A stretch of 64,000 nucleotides of DNA. Origin: a virus. Taxonomy: Duplodnaviria > Caudoviricetes. The notes under the pieces are model-generated. The model searched no databases. It worked only from the letters and a program-made list of their open reading frames with translations, and had not been told where the DNA came from. Positions 1 through 9,952 of this stretch are shown here, piece by piece (position 1 is the first letter of the stretch; every line of letters starts with the position of its first letter). Where the stretch lies: the IMG/VR virus record IMGVR_UViG_3300033463_000005, positions 128,001 to 192,000 of that record, one strand, 5' to 3'. A program made the position numbers and the translations under genes.

Positions 1-1
1 T

Positions 2-391
2 GTCAGAGACAAACGTGCAAATGAATTGATCAATAAATACATGGTGGGTGATACCAAAGAATTCAATTGGGAATGGTTGACCATGTCACCAACACAATTC
101 TCATATTTCATCTACAAGGTGACTTGTCATGAGGATGGAACTTGGAGACGTATCTATGGTTCTTCATCAAAACAAAATCGTGATGTTGTTCAAGCATTGT
201 GTGCATTGAATGAACGCGGTACAAAATGTTTGGATAAAGATGGATTGATCTACGTATCTGATCCAATTCGCACAATTGAATTTGGCAAGAGCGAGATTGT
301 TGAATCCAAGAATGAAGAAGTCATGTGTGTCACTGTTAAGAGTGGCGCATTCTTAATGCGTCAAAATGGTTATACAACCATCACCGGAAAT
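2..391 (+). mobile_element. Intein, C-terminal portion (degenerate LAGLIDADG endonuclease region plus HINT blocks F/G)
   Basis: EDGT...SSSKQNRDVVQALCALN resembles the end of an intein endonuclease domain. Terminal Asn (codon 389-391) is followed by Cys+1 (392-394). Confidence 0.8.
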
Positions 392-1117
392 TGCCCTGGT
401 GAGTATATCTATTCTCGTGCACAACAAATCTGTGATGAAGTCAATGCCAAATTGAATCCTCCTGAACCACAACCGACACCAACACCGACTGTTGAAATTA
501 AAGCTGGTGATTTGGTTAAGATTGCAGCCGGTGCTGTCTATTATGGTACTTCCAAGAAGATTCCACAATCTGTCTATGATCAGAATTGGTATGTGGATTC
601 TGTATCTGGTACACGTGCTGTATTGGGTAAGAATGAAAAGGGAGATATGAATATCAACTCCGCCGTTGATACAAAATATCTGACTGTGGTAAAAGAGGCA
701 CCAAAGGAAACACCAAAACCTGTTGAACCTGTACAACCAAAGCAGAAATGTCCATATGTCACGAAACTTGCAAAAGGTTCATCTGTATATACAATCAATG
801 GATCATCTGCAATGTTCGCATCTTCCATTACCGTTGAAGGTATGTATACGATCATTGAAGAAAAGACAATCAAGAATGGTGTGTATGGAAAACTGAAAAG
901 CGGTGCAGGTTGGGTGTATCTGCGAAGAAGTGAACAAAAAATTTCTGTTGGAGACTATGTGAAAGTCTTGAAGGCTGTTACATATGATGGCAAACCGTTC
1001 AAAGTGTATCTTGCAAAATACAAAGTTTTGCAAGTGAATGGTGACCGGATTGTGATTTCGTCCGATGGAAAGAAAGTCACTGCGGCTGTCAAAGCATCCA
1101 ATCTTCAGAAACTATAA
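2..1117 (+). CDS. Endolysin (N-acetylmuramoyl-L-alanine amidase, Amidase_2-like) containing an intein; 5'-partial; C-terminal SH3-like cell-wall-binding modules
   Basis: Frame is open from the window start. Intein C-terminal block VMCVTVKSGAFLMRQNGYTTITGN is followed by the amidase motif CPGEYIYSR, then a Pro/Thr linker and SH3b-like repeats (YGKLKSGAGWVYL). Confidence 0.8.
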   Translation, partial: VRDKRANELINKYMVGDTKEFNWEWLTMSPTQFSYFIYKVTCHEDGTWRRIYGSSSKQNRDVVQALCALNERGTKCLDKDGLIYVSDPIRTIEFGKSEIVESKNEEVMCVTVKSGAFLMRQNGYTTITGNCPGEYIYSRAQQICDEVNAKLNPPEPQPTPTPTVEIKAGDLVKIAAGAVYYGTSKKIPQSVYDQNWYVDSVSGTRAVLGKNEKGDMNINSAVDTKYLTVVKEAPKETPKPVEPVQPKQKCPYVTKLAKGSSVYTINGSSAMFASSITVEGMYTIIEEKTIKNGVYGKLKSGAGWVYLRRSEQKISVGDYVKVLKAVTYDGKPFKVYLAKYKVLQVNGDRIVISSDGKKVTAAVKASNLQKL

Positions 1118-1124
1118 AAAAGAA

Positions 1125-1148
1125 ATGGGGGCGCATATGCGCCCCCAT
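1125..1148. terminator. Perfect 24-bp palindrome, bidirectional terminator candidate
   Basis: ATGGGGGCGCATATGCGCCCCCAT between convergent genes; identical copy at 27672-27695. Confidence 0.7.
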
Positions 1149-1217
1149 ATATTTCAAACCGTATCGCCAAGAGCCTCGATCCTTTCTGGTGACAGTTGGA
1201 TCGTCCACTCAAGACGA

Positions 1218-1517
1218 TTAAACTTTTGACCATTGCGCAACCGTGTATGCATTGATAACACGGTTGAGAAATGTTGCAAGATTCATATGCGGTGGCACAT
1301 TAATCCTGCTTATTGCGGGGTTACGCATTTCATCGTATGTAAATACGACAATCGGCACCCGCTTTCTGTCACTTATCAATATTTGCGTTTCATTGTGATC
1401 CATTGCAACAATGAAATGCTCAGAACTGAACAACGTCCAATTCTTTCGAATTTCACCGAAACGATCTTCCGGTGTAAATTCGGATTTGAGTGTTTCAAAG
1501 AGATCAGACATTTCCAT
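1218..1517 (-). CDS. Hypothetical protein (putative early)
   Basis: About 99-aa ORF overlapping the upstream gene's stop; GGTGA RBS. Confidence 0.65.
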   Translation of the reverse strand: MEMSDLFETLKSEFTPEDRFGEIRKNWTLFSSEHFIVAMDHNETQILISDRKRVPIVVFTYDEMRNPAISRINVPPHMNLATFLNRVINAYTVAQWSKV

Positions 1518-1842
1518 CAAGATCACCTTCTTTAAGATTATTAAGGGAGCAGATCATGTTCAATATGCCGATCAACTCCTGTGCTTTGGTATACAAAGCA
1601 GCGATCTTCTCGGAATTCGATACCATCTTATCATAGAGATTGACTGTATCGTTCATTGCGAATTCGATCCGACCATCGTCATCTGTCGGATCCTCTTCTT
1701 TGAGTTTTGCGATTTCTGCTGCACGAGAATCAGCCAGTGTCTGCAGTAACTGACCATAGTGGTCTCGACGCTGCATTTCTTTGAGAACGATATCAAGTAC
1801 CGCTCTCAGATCATCGATTTGCTCTTTTAGTTTTGCTTCCAT
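1504..1842 (-). CDS. Hypothetical coiled-coil protein (putative early)
   Basis: GGAGG RBS before ATG 1842 (MEAKLK); downstream of a TATATTATT promoter motif. Confidence 0.7.
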   Translation of the reverse strand: MEAKLKEQIDDLRAVLDIVLKEMQRRDHYGQLLQTLADSRAAEIAKLKEEDPTDDDGRIEFAMNDTVNLYDKMVSNSEKIAALYTKAQELIGILNMICSLNNLKEGDLDGNV

Positions 1843-1894
1843 ATTGATGTACCTCCAACAAATTTGAATGTGAATAGGTGATTGATTCCTATTC

Positions 1895-1945
1895 CAGATT
1901 AATAATATATATGTTAAAATAAGAAATGTTCGGACATATATTATT
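1895..1945. promoter_or_regulatory. Back-to-back putative early (phage RNAP) promoters
   Basis: CATATATATTATTAATCTG on the minus strand (1895-1913) and CATATATTATT on the plus strand (1935-1945); the motif recurs across the window. Confidence 0.6.
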
Positions 1946-1999
1946 CCACTGGAATCCCGGGAACAAACTAACAATCTTGTTTGCATGGAGGGTACGTAC

Positions 2000-3841
2000 A
2001 TGGAAGAAAAGAAACTACAATCCAAAGAACCAAAGCCATTGAATTACACTGCTGGTAGTGTGTTATTCGATGTACGATATTATCGAAAACCAGAATGTTT
2101 TGAAGTCATCACATGGAATCCGATTACACGACAACATGAGGTGAATTATGAAGAACCAATCATTGATATCTGGTTTGTAAAACCTGAATTTCGTATTCAC
2201 AATTATCAGGAATCACAAATTGAAATGGATAAGTGTTATCCATTCTATTGTAAACCATCTCAAGTTGCAAAAGTCATTGCACAAGAGATTGGTGGTGAGT
2301 GGGCTGAATGGTATCAAGCAAATTTGGATGCAGAAAATTACAATGACATCACACGACATATGTGTGAATGTCCATGGGTATATGCAGCAGATTTTGAACC
2401 AACCGTATATTTTCGATTGAGATGGTTCGATCAATACGGAAAAGATATTGATTTAACAAAGATTACAAATTCATATTTGGATATTGAGATTGATACAATT
2501 GACCGTGCCATTGATGCAAAGAATATCAATGATTCACCAAATCCAATCAATGCAGTTACATTGATATTGGACAATGTCAAGATATGTGCAGTATTCATCC
2601 TTGGACCTCGACCCAAACATAAAATTGATCAAAAGTTTTGGGGTTTATTGGAGAAGCAGGAAAAAGAGTACAAATGGTTATTACAACATCAAGACGAATT
2701 CAAACGAATGATTCGAGAAGATGATGAAGATAACAAAAAATATCTGGAAGGATATGAGATCCGATTACACATATATGAATTCCAGGATGAGATCAAACTG
2801 ATCAAAACGATATATGATTATATCAACAAATATCGTCCATCATTTGTTGAATCATGGAATGCAAAATTTGACCATCCGAGATTGTGGCATCGAATTGAAT
2901 ATCTTGGATATGATGCAAAGGAAATCATGATTCCAAAAGAATTTAAAACAGACAGAATCTATTATCAGGAAGATATGTCTGGTAACTTCCAGATGAAGAA
3001 TTCTCGTGATTGGTTCCACATATCTTCTTATTCGGTATGGATTTGTCAATTACGAAAATTTGCTGCAATCAGAAAATCACAACAAGAAAGACGTTCATAC
3101 TCTTTGGAATCGGTTGGTTCCGATATGTGCGGTATTCATAAATTAACAGAGTCTAAATCTGGATCATTTCGTCAATTCCCATATACGGATTTTCTGAAGT
3201 TTATTTTGTACAATGTGCGTGATGTGGTTGTACAAAAAGCAATTGGAGATGTGACGGGTGATTCTCGCACATTGGTATCCCGTTCATTCAAGTTTGCAAC
3301 TGTATATTCAAAATGTTTCCAGGAAACACATATCGTGCGAAATGCACGTGAATATTATTATCGGAAATTCTCTCATAAAGTACAAGCATGTCGTTTGCTT
3401 GTGGATAAAAGCGTTGATTCATCTTTCAAAGGTGCTTATGTGGCACCGCCAGAAAAGAATGCTCCAACTGGTTTGGTTTTGAATGGAAAACGACATCACA
3501 ATATCATATATGGTTCTTTGGATGCGGATGCAGAATCATACTATCCGTCGACAAAGATGGGTATGAATATGGACCCGATGTCGTTATTATATAAATGCAT
3601 TATCAAAAATGAAGTGTTCAAAAATGGAACATCAACGAATCGTTCACTGTGTCAAGAGTATGATTGGTATGATGCGAAGAATCGTGCACATGCTGAAGAT
3701 TTGACTGGTCCGCTCATCAATGCATACAAAAATAGAAACATATTCTCATTAATGTATAACTGGTTTAATCTACCTTCCGTATCTGAATATTTCAAATATT
3801 TGGATATGTGTTTTGGTAAATCAATAAACGGAGGAAATTGA
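2000..3841 (+). CDS. Family B DNA polymerase, N-terminal part (3'-5' exonuclease plus palm motif A) of a split polymerase
   Basis: ExoI YLDIEID, ExoII SWNAKFD, ExoIII YNVRD, FKGAYV and motif A DAESYYPS; motifs B and C are absent here and present at 54051-55976. Confidence 0.85.
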   Translation: MEEKKLQSKEPKPLNYTAGSVLFDVRYYRKPECFEVITWNPITRQHEVNYEEPIIDIWFVKPEFRIHNYQESQIEMDKCYPFYCKPSQVAKVIAQEIGGEWAEWYQANLDAENYNDITRHMCECPWVYAADFEPTVYFRLRWFDQYGKDIDLTKITNSYLDIEIDTIDRAIDAKNINDSPNPINAVTLILDNVKICAVFILGPRPKHKIDQKFWGLLEKQEKEYKWLLQHQDEFKRMIREDDEDNKKYLEGYEIRLHIYEFQDEIKLIKTIYDYINKYRPSFVESWNAKFDHPRLWHRIEYLGYDAKEIMIPKEFKTDRIYYQEDMSGNFQMKNSRDWFHISSYSVWICQLRKFAAIRKSQQERRSYSLESVGSDMCGIHKLTESKSGSFRQFPYTDFLKFILYNVRDVVVQKAIGDVTGDSRTLVSRSFKFATVYSKCFQETHIVRNAREYYYRKFSHKVQACRLLVDKSVDSSFKGAYVAPPEKNAPTGLVLNGKRHHNIIYGSLDADAESYYPSTKMGMNMDPMSLLYKCIIKNEVFKNGTSTNRSLCQEYDWYDAKNRAHAEDLTGPLINAYKNRNIFSLMYNWFNLPSVSEYFKYLDMCFGKSINGGN

Positions 3842-6114
3842 TTATGTCATTTGAGGAACAGATGCCAACACTGGAATTGGGTGATGTATCAAAACGATAC
3901 ATGCAATTATACGGTGTGAATATCGTGTTGCAACGTGCCATTCCAATGTTGGTTGACGGATTGAAGCCGATCCATCGACGTATCATGTATGCAATGTATC
4001 GTGTTGCACGTGGTAACATGATGAAGGTTGCAACGATTTCTGGTGAAACAATGAAGTTCTCCCCGCATTCCGACCTGGGTACAAGATACATTGTTGCCGG
4101 TTTAGCACAACCGTTTTCAAACAATGTTCCATTCTTGACTCCGAATGGAAACTGTGGTACTGCAACACATGGTGATGATGTTGCTGCAGCACGTTATTGG
4201 GACGCATCATTATCCAAATTTGCACTGGATGTATTCTTCTCTGAATTTGATGGTAAGGTCAATATGAAAGAGAATTACGATGGCGAATTGATGGAGCCAA
4301 TCACATTACCAGCAAAATTCCCAACGATTCTGTTGAATGGTTCTCATGGTATTGGATATACGATGTCGTCGGATATTCTTCCGTATAATCTGAATGAAGT
4401 TGCGGATGCAACCATCAAACTTCTTAAGAATCCAAAAGCCGATGTTCATTTGATTCCAGATTCACCGACTGGATGTGACATTATCAAACGTGATGATCAG
4501 ACATTTGTAATGCAATCATCATTTGAAATCGATAATGTGAATTACATCATCACGATCAAGAATACACCATTTGGAGAATATCTATGTGATATCGATAAAC
4601 GGTTATGTGAAATTCAGGACGGACCGAATCCAATTAAAGAGATTCTGAATGCAGATAATGAATCAGAATTGTCAGAGAACAAAATCCGATATGTGATTCG
4701 TTGTAAACCATGCAATCTGTATCAGGTAATCAATCAACTGTTCAAACGTGTTGCTGGATTCCGCATTACATTATCAACAAGAAATTGTGTTGTGGTTGAT
4801 GCAAATAACAGAACGCAAAAATATAATGAACGACAAATTCTGATGGCATGGATTACAAACAGACTGAAAGAAAAGCGTTCATTCTTCTTGAGAGAATTGG
4901 TCGCAAAGACGACGGAGTATAACATGTTGAATGGTAAGAAGTTCATGTTATCTCCGCAGAATCTGACAAAGACAATCAAAGTCTTCCGTTCCTGTAATAA
5001 GAAAGATGAAATCATTCCAGCATTGGTAAAAGCTTATGATGGCAAAGTCACAACATCACAAGCGAATTATATCTCCGGGTTATATGTATATCAATTGACA
5101 GAAGGTGAATATCAAAAGACCCTCGAGATGATTGACAAAATCACAAAGGAAATCCAATATCTAAAATCAGTTGTGGAAGATCCCGAAAAAGTCAGAGATG
5201 TTATCATTGATGATATCAAGACAATTAAATCAAAATATGGAAACCCCCGTCGTTCCAAAATACTGAATGCAAACGGCGGGGAACAAACAAACATCGGGAT
5301 CTGTCAAATTCTAACGGATGGATCCATCCTATTTTCGGAAACAGAGAATCCGGACCATTTCGCATCCGATGTGACACCAATCGATGGTGATGAAGTATGT
5401 CTGATTGATCAGTACGGAAAATCATTATGGGTGCAACTGGATAAAGTACCACATGACAAACCTCTGACATTAACATCAATTGGTAGAGAACCAATGGGTG
5501 AATGTTTGGCAGTTGTATCAAATTCAGATCGTTCCATCGTGATGTTGACCAATAAAGGTCGTATCAAATTAATGCCGATTAATAAGATACCCTCCAATCA
5601 ATCCAGAAAAGCGTTGATTCCATTGCAGGATGATGAACGCATTGTATCCATATTGGAAGTGTCTAACACGTCAGATGATTTGTTAATGTATACTTCGGAT
5701 GGATATGGCAAACGATTCTCCGTATCAGATTTGAATTCAGTTAATTCACCGGATGCACAGGGACAATTCATTGTCAAAGAGAATTGTGATGCCGCTGGAT
5801 TATTTATGGTGAATTCGAAAAAGCCGCTAATTTTCTATGTTACACGACTGGGTAGAGTCAGGGTGAATCATTCCAAGTTCTTGGTATCCGGAAAGAAGTT
5901 TGCCGGTTTGAAGCCAATCATCAAACTGTCACCACAAGATGATTTAATCGCAGTATTCTGTACAACAAACGACCGAACAGTAACATTATATCATGCGGAC
6001 GGACGTGTATCTTCTGTGAATGTGAATTCGTTGGATCCGGTGACGATGAATACACCTCCACAGAAACCAAGACATGTTCCTGGTGTGAAGGTGATTCGTG
6101 CAACAATCTCATGA
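3838..6114 (+). CDS. gyrA: Type IIA topoisomerase (gyrase/topo IV) subunit A
   Basis: RAIP..VDGLKPIHRRI, PHSD, catalytic AAARY, FPTILLNG..GIG; C-terminal beta-pinwheel repeats (LTNKGRIK, YTSDGYGKRF, VTRLGRVR). Confidence 0.92.
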   Translation: MIMSFEEQMPTLELGDVSKRYMQLYGVNIVLQRAIPMLVDGLKPIHRRIMYAMYRVARGNMMKVATISGETMKFSPHSDLGTRYIVAGLAQPFSNNVPFLTPNGNCGTATHGDDVAAARYWDASLSKFALDVFFSEFDGKVNMKENYDGELMEPITLPAKFPTILLNGSHGIGYTMSSDILPYNLNEVADATIKLLKNPKADVHLIPDSPTGCDIIKRDDQTFVMQSSFEIDNVNYIITIKNTPFGEYLCDIDKRLCEIQDGPNPIKEILNADNESELSENKIRYVIRCKPCNLYQVINQLFKRVAGFRITLSTRNCVVVDANNRTQKYNERQILMAWITNRLKEKRSFFLRELVAKTTEYNMLNGKKFMLSPQNLTKTIKVFRSCNKKDEIIPALVKAYDGKVTTSQANYISGLYVYQLTEGEYQKTLEMIDKITKEIQYLKSVVEDPEKVRDVIIDDIKTIKSKYGNPRRSKILNANGGEQTNIGICQILTDGSILFSETENPDHFASDVTPIDGDEVCLIDQYGKSLWVQLDKVPHDKPLTLTSIGREPMGECLAVVSNSDRSIVMLTNKGRIKLMPINKIPSNQSRKALIPLQDDERIVSILEVSNTSDDLLMYTSDGYGKRFSVSDLNSVNSPDAQGQFIVKENCDAAGLFMVNSKKPLIFYVTRLGRVRVNHSKFLVSGKKFAGLKPIIKLSPQDDLIAVFCTTNDRTVTLYHADGRVSSVNVNSLDPVTMNTPPQKPRHVPGVKVIRATIS

Positions 6115-6131
6115 AAGGATGTGCATGAAGG

Positions 6132-6356
6132 ATGTTCAAAAAGGATAAAGTGCTACACAAAAAGACAGTTGTATCAGAAATCAATGGAGATAGAGTGTTG
6201 ACAAAAACCGAACATTTCAGATTATATATCATCATGGGAAAAGACAAACATTCAGAAGATGAGATACTCGGAACAACTCTATTGACAGAAGCACAAGCAA
6301 CTGTATTGAATGATACCTGCAATTGTAGAGGCATCAAATTCATTCGTAAATTGTGA
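6132..6356 (+). CDS. Hypothetical protein
   Basis: 74-aa ORF in operon with RBS. Confidence 0.6.
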   Translation: MFKKDKVLHKKTVVSEINGDRVLTKTEHFRLYIIMGKDKHSEDEILGTTLLTEAQATVLNDTCNCRGIKFIRKL

Positions 6357-6365
6357 GGAGAGCAT

Positions 6366-7874
6366 ATGTTCAAAGTCACAGTACGAGCAACAAGCATCCT
6401 GGTAACACCGGGCCAGGATGCTCTATTGCCGTTGAAGAAATTATTGGATATGCATGAATACGAGGATGAATATCAAGAAACGACCAATATCCTCGGATAT
6501 ATGTATGATGAAGAACATGATGTGTTGTACATGCACAAAGGTATTGATATTGAATATCTGAGACTATTGCTTGGTGATGTAGAAATCAAATACAACCTGT
6601 ACGACGCATTTCAAGAAATGCATTACGAATTTGAAGAAGTGATTCCGCCACGTGATGAAGATCAAATATCGGCAATTCATTTTATCACGGGAGAAAAAGA
6701 GTACGCGTCCAATATCAATGATTCTCAAATATTCCTTGTCCTAGATACTGGAAAAGGAAAGACATTCTGTACTGGATATGGGATTGGTGTATATGGTGTG
6801 AAGACATTGATTATCATGCATCGTGATAATCTTCGAACACAGTGGGTAAAATCATTACGTGATTTAAATGGATATACATCATCCGAATTATATGAATTGA
6901 CATCTTCATCAGAATTGGAAGCAATTGCAAATGGAACATTGAAACTTGATTATGATGTATATCTTATGACACATGCAACATTCCGTGCTGCATGTAATCG
7001 CATCCGTGATTGTGAGAAGATTCGTAATATCGCAAAGAATTTACGGATTGGATTTAAAGTCATTGACGAAGCGCATCTGGAATTTCGTGATACATTATTG
7101 ATCGACTTCCTGTTTAATATAAAACGAAATCTATATTTAACCGCAACGGACGGTCGTTCATCAAAAGATGAGAATGCAATCTTCAAACATGTATTTTCCA
7201 ATACAACATTCTATCGAAAGATTACAACAAGTTCGACACATCCAGACAAATGGGTTGAATACATCACAATCGATATCAATACACATTGTAATCCAAACAT
7301 CTATCGATTCCGTGTGAATGGTGGACGTGGTATGTCCGCAATCACATATGGTAAATGGGTGATTCAACATGATAAAAAACACACGCATTTCAAAGTGTGC
7401 AAAGAAATCATCAAACAAATCTACGAGGATGAACCGAATGCAAAAGTGATTGTATTCATGCCATTAATTGATTTATGTACGGAATGTGCATATTTCTTAA
7501 ATATGGAATTGAATAATGATGAATCGTTTGAATATTCACTTGATGTAAAAACAGTAAATTCTCATAATTCAAAATCAGAAAATGAAATGAATAAAAAGGC
7601 TGATGTAATTGTTACAACCATACAATCGCTTGGAACTGGTTCGGATATCAAGGGCATTACAGATATCATAAATTGCTCTCCGATCGTTTCAAAAATTGTC
7701 GTAAAGCAAGTACTCGGTCGAATCCGATATATTCCATTACAATGTCACTACTATGACATCGTGGATCAATCGGTTCCAGCAGATTGTTACTGGTGGAAAT
7801 CTCGTTCTCGGACATTAAAGTCATTGACAACAAAATACACACATCTATCATGGCAAGAGGAGGAAACAACATGA
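6366..7874 (+). CDS. Superfamily 2 (DEAH) DNA/RNA helicase
   Basis: Walker A LDTGKGKT, motif II VIDEAH, motif III LTAT, motif VI QVLGRIR. Confidence 0.9.
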   Translation: MFKVTVRATSILVTPGQDALLPLKKLLDMHEYEDEYQETTNILGYMYDEEHDVLYMHKGIDIEYLRLLLGDVEIKYNLYDAFQEMHYEFEEVIPPRDEDQISAIHFITGEKEYASNINDSQIFLVLDTGKGKTFCTGYGIGVYGVKTLIIMHRDNLRTQWVKSLRDLNGYTSSELYELTSSSELEAIANGTLKLDYDVYLMTHATFRAACNRIRDCEKIRNIAKNLRIGFKVIDEAHLEFRDTLLIDFLFNIKRNLYLTATDGRSSKDENAIFKHVFSNTTFYRKITTSSTHPDKWVEYITIDINTHCNPNIYRFRVNGGRGMSAITYGKWVIQHDKKHTHFKVCKEIIKQIYEDEPNAKVIVFMPLIDLCTECAYFLNMELNNDESFEYSLDVKTVNSHNSKSENEMNKKADVIVTTIQSLGTGSDIKGITDIINCSPIVSKIVVKQVLGRIRYIPLQCHYYDIVDQSVPADCYWWKSRSRTLKSLTTKYTHLSWQEEETT

Positions 7875-8233
7875 TCCCATCCAAATTTATCAAAAATATC
7901 ATCCGTGGAAAAAATCGTTTTCGGTATCTGACCATCATCATTCTTGTTGCCATCTTTGTTACGGCAACAATGATTCATGATTGGAATCAGTTATCCGAAA
8001 ATCTGTATTACTACGGTATCGTCGGATCAATCATTGTCATTGCAATCGTTGTCTTAGGAATCATCGCCAAATCATTGGATTCACACTGGTATGGAAAGAT
8101 CAATGATCAGATTGATCGCGAAGCAGAGGAACTGGTCGAATTAATTCACAATAAGAAATTATTTGCACATACTGAAATTCGTCCTGTTATTGATGCTTTG
8201 ATTGTTCATTATGGAAAAGAGAAAGATGAATAG
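7871..8233 (+). CDS. Hypothetical membrane protein (2 TM)
   Basis: Two hydrophobic segments; GAGGAGG RBS; ATGA coupling to the helicase gene. Confidence 0.7.
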   Translation: MIPSKFIKNIIRGKNRFRYLTIIILVAIFVTATMIHDWNQLSENLYYYGIVGSIIVIAIVVLGIIAKSLDSHWYGKINDQIDREAEELVELIHNKKLFAHTEIRPVIDALIVHYGKEKDE

Positions 8234-8236
8234 GAT

Positions 8237-8260
8237 ATGGAGGGGCGAAAGCCCCTCCAA
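8237..8260. terminator. Bidirectional terminator hairpin
   Basis: GGAGGGGC-GAAA-GCCCCTCC between convergent genes. Confidence 0.7.
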
Positions 8261-8271
8261 TTATTTTATCA

Positions 8272-8685
8272 TTATGATTTTGGAATATCTAAACCATCGT
8301 CACCAAATACTTCAGGTGGATCTGACAAATGTGGAAACTCAACAGATGGATCCATTTCATGGATTTTATTTTCCAACCAGGAACGATATCGATGATCATC
8401 CCCCATAATCCATTTCATCAGTGATATGATCTTCTTGTTCAGAATATCAACCCGTTGTTCTAGGATCTTATTCGATTCTCTGACTTCGGAAATTTCTGTT
8501 TTCAATTTTTCATGCAATTCAATCAATGATTGTTTCACATATTCCATTTCTGTTCGCTCGTTTTGAATACGGAGTGCTTCTGCTTCAGCACGAAACTTTT
8601 TGTACTGAAATAGAACTGTTAGCACTGCGGCGAGTCCAGCACCTCCACCAATAGCACCAAGAATCGCGACAATTACCGTTCCCAT
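8272..8685 (-). CDS. Membrane-anchored coiled-coil protein (possible lysis accessory)
   Basis: N-terminal TM (VIVAILGAIGGGAGLAAVLTVLF) followed by a long heptad region. Confidence 0.6.
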   Translation of the reverse strand: MGTVIVAILGAIGGGAGLAAVLTVLFQYKKFRAEAEALRIQNERTEMEYVKQSLIELHEKLKTEISEVRESNKILEQRVDILNKKIISLMKWIMGDDHRYRSWLENKIHEMDPSVEFPHLSDPPEVFGDDGLDIPKS

Positions 8686-8947
8686 GATTCATACCTCATT
8701 TCTTCAATATTATGTCATCATAATAGACAAGCACTATTATTACAAATCTGTGATCATATAAATTTACAGGATGAACCATATGATATTGATAGTTGTGCAA
8801 GAGCTATCAATATTCTATCTATCACTTCTGTAAATTCTGCCCATTTCCAACATTTGAACTGATGTGACATAGGTTCAATCTCATGAATCATGCAATCATA
8901 TTCTACGATTCATGATGGAGAAACGAAAACAAAGGAGAAAGTGTAAA

Positions 8948-9928
8948 ATGAAAAGATTTACAGTAATTGAGACCCTTCGTAAGAAAATGTCTACGATGCG
9001 AGCGAAACACACAATTGTTACATCGTCACTAATTGTGATCGCTGTATCAGCTGTGTTTGTTGCATCGGCATTTTCAAATCAACCCATGACAAAAGTGAAT
9101 GCCCCCGTTGTCAATGCCGAAGTTGTTGTAGAGACTACAGAAACAACGACAGAAGAAACAACAACTGCGACAGAAACAGAGACCGAGGAAACAACTGTCA
9201 CAACGACAACAGAAGAAACCACGACAACTACTGCTGAAGAAATGACGACAGAAACATCAGCAGAAACAACAACGGCATCTCAAGCAAAGACGGCAGTTGT
9301 TCAAGCAAACAATGCAACAACAAAACGGACAACTGTTACGACAACACAGACAACAACATCCGAAACAGTATCAACCACAACAACCGAAGTGAAGATTGTG
9401 TATAAACCCTCCACACATTATTTCCACCTCACTTCATGCAAATGGTTTGATAAAACATGTGTATTCGATTATGACATTAATGAGATAGAAGGGCGAATCT
9501 GTTCAAAATGTCATCCCGATGTAACACTTGTAAAAGAATACAAACCTCCGGTAAAAGAAACACAGGTGTCTACATCGAGTGGTCCTTACACTATGGAGAA
9601 TCTTCCGGTTACACAAGCAGAATTCTACATGCTTGCAAATCTGGTTGCACATGAATATGGCGCTGACTGGGTATCATTACCGGAAAAAGCCAAAGTGGTT
9701 ATGACAGTCATGAATAGAGTCCGCGATTCCAGATTTCCGAATTCCATTCGTGCAGTAATTCTTCAACGGAATCAGTTCTGTTGGGTACCTGATTCCTATT
9801 ACTGGAGAAGAACTTCACAGAGTTGCAAAGATGCTGTATTGTATTATTTCAATCATCAGTCCTCATTCAGCACACGTCTCAACAGCTTTTACGGCGACGG
9901 TTGGCGTAATCACTTTTACGCCGCGTAA
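8948..9928 (+). CDS. Secreted/membrane-anchored cell wall hydrolase (SleB/Hydrolase_2) with Thr-rich stalk
   Basis: TM/signal segment, T/E-rich linker, H..C...C..C Zn-like motif, then LANLVAHEY...VMNRV...FPNSIRAVILQRNQF and GWRNHFY. Confidence 0.8.
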   Translation: MKRFTVIETLRKKMSTMRAKHTIVTSSLIVIAVSAVFVASAFSNQPMTKVNAPVVNAEVVVETTETTTEETTTATETETEETTVTTTTEETTTTTAEEMTTETSAETTTASQAKTAVVQANNATTKRTTVTTTQTTTSETVSTTTTEVKIVYKPSTHYFHLTSCKWFDKTCVFDYDINEIEGRICSKCHPDVTLVKEYKPPVKETQVSTSSGPYTMENLPVTQAEFYMLANLVAHEYGADWVSLPEKAKVVMTVMNRVRDSRFPNSIRAVILQRNQFCWVPDSYYWRRTSQSCKDAVLYYFNHQSSFSTRLNSFYGDGWRNHFYAA

Positions 9929-9952
9929 TATTTAACCACTCGGAGGTTTATC

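Noticed and set aside
9130-9390. ACA-rich low-complexity tract as a repeat array
   Set aside because: Explained by Thr codons of the hydrolase stalk.
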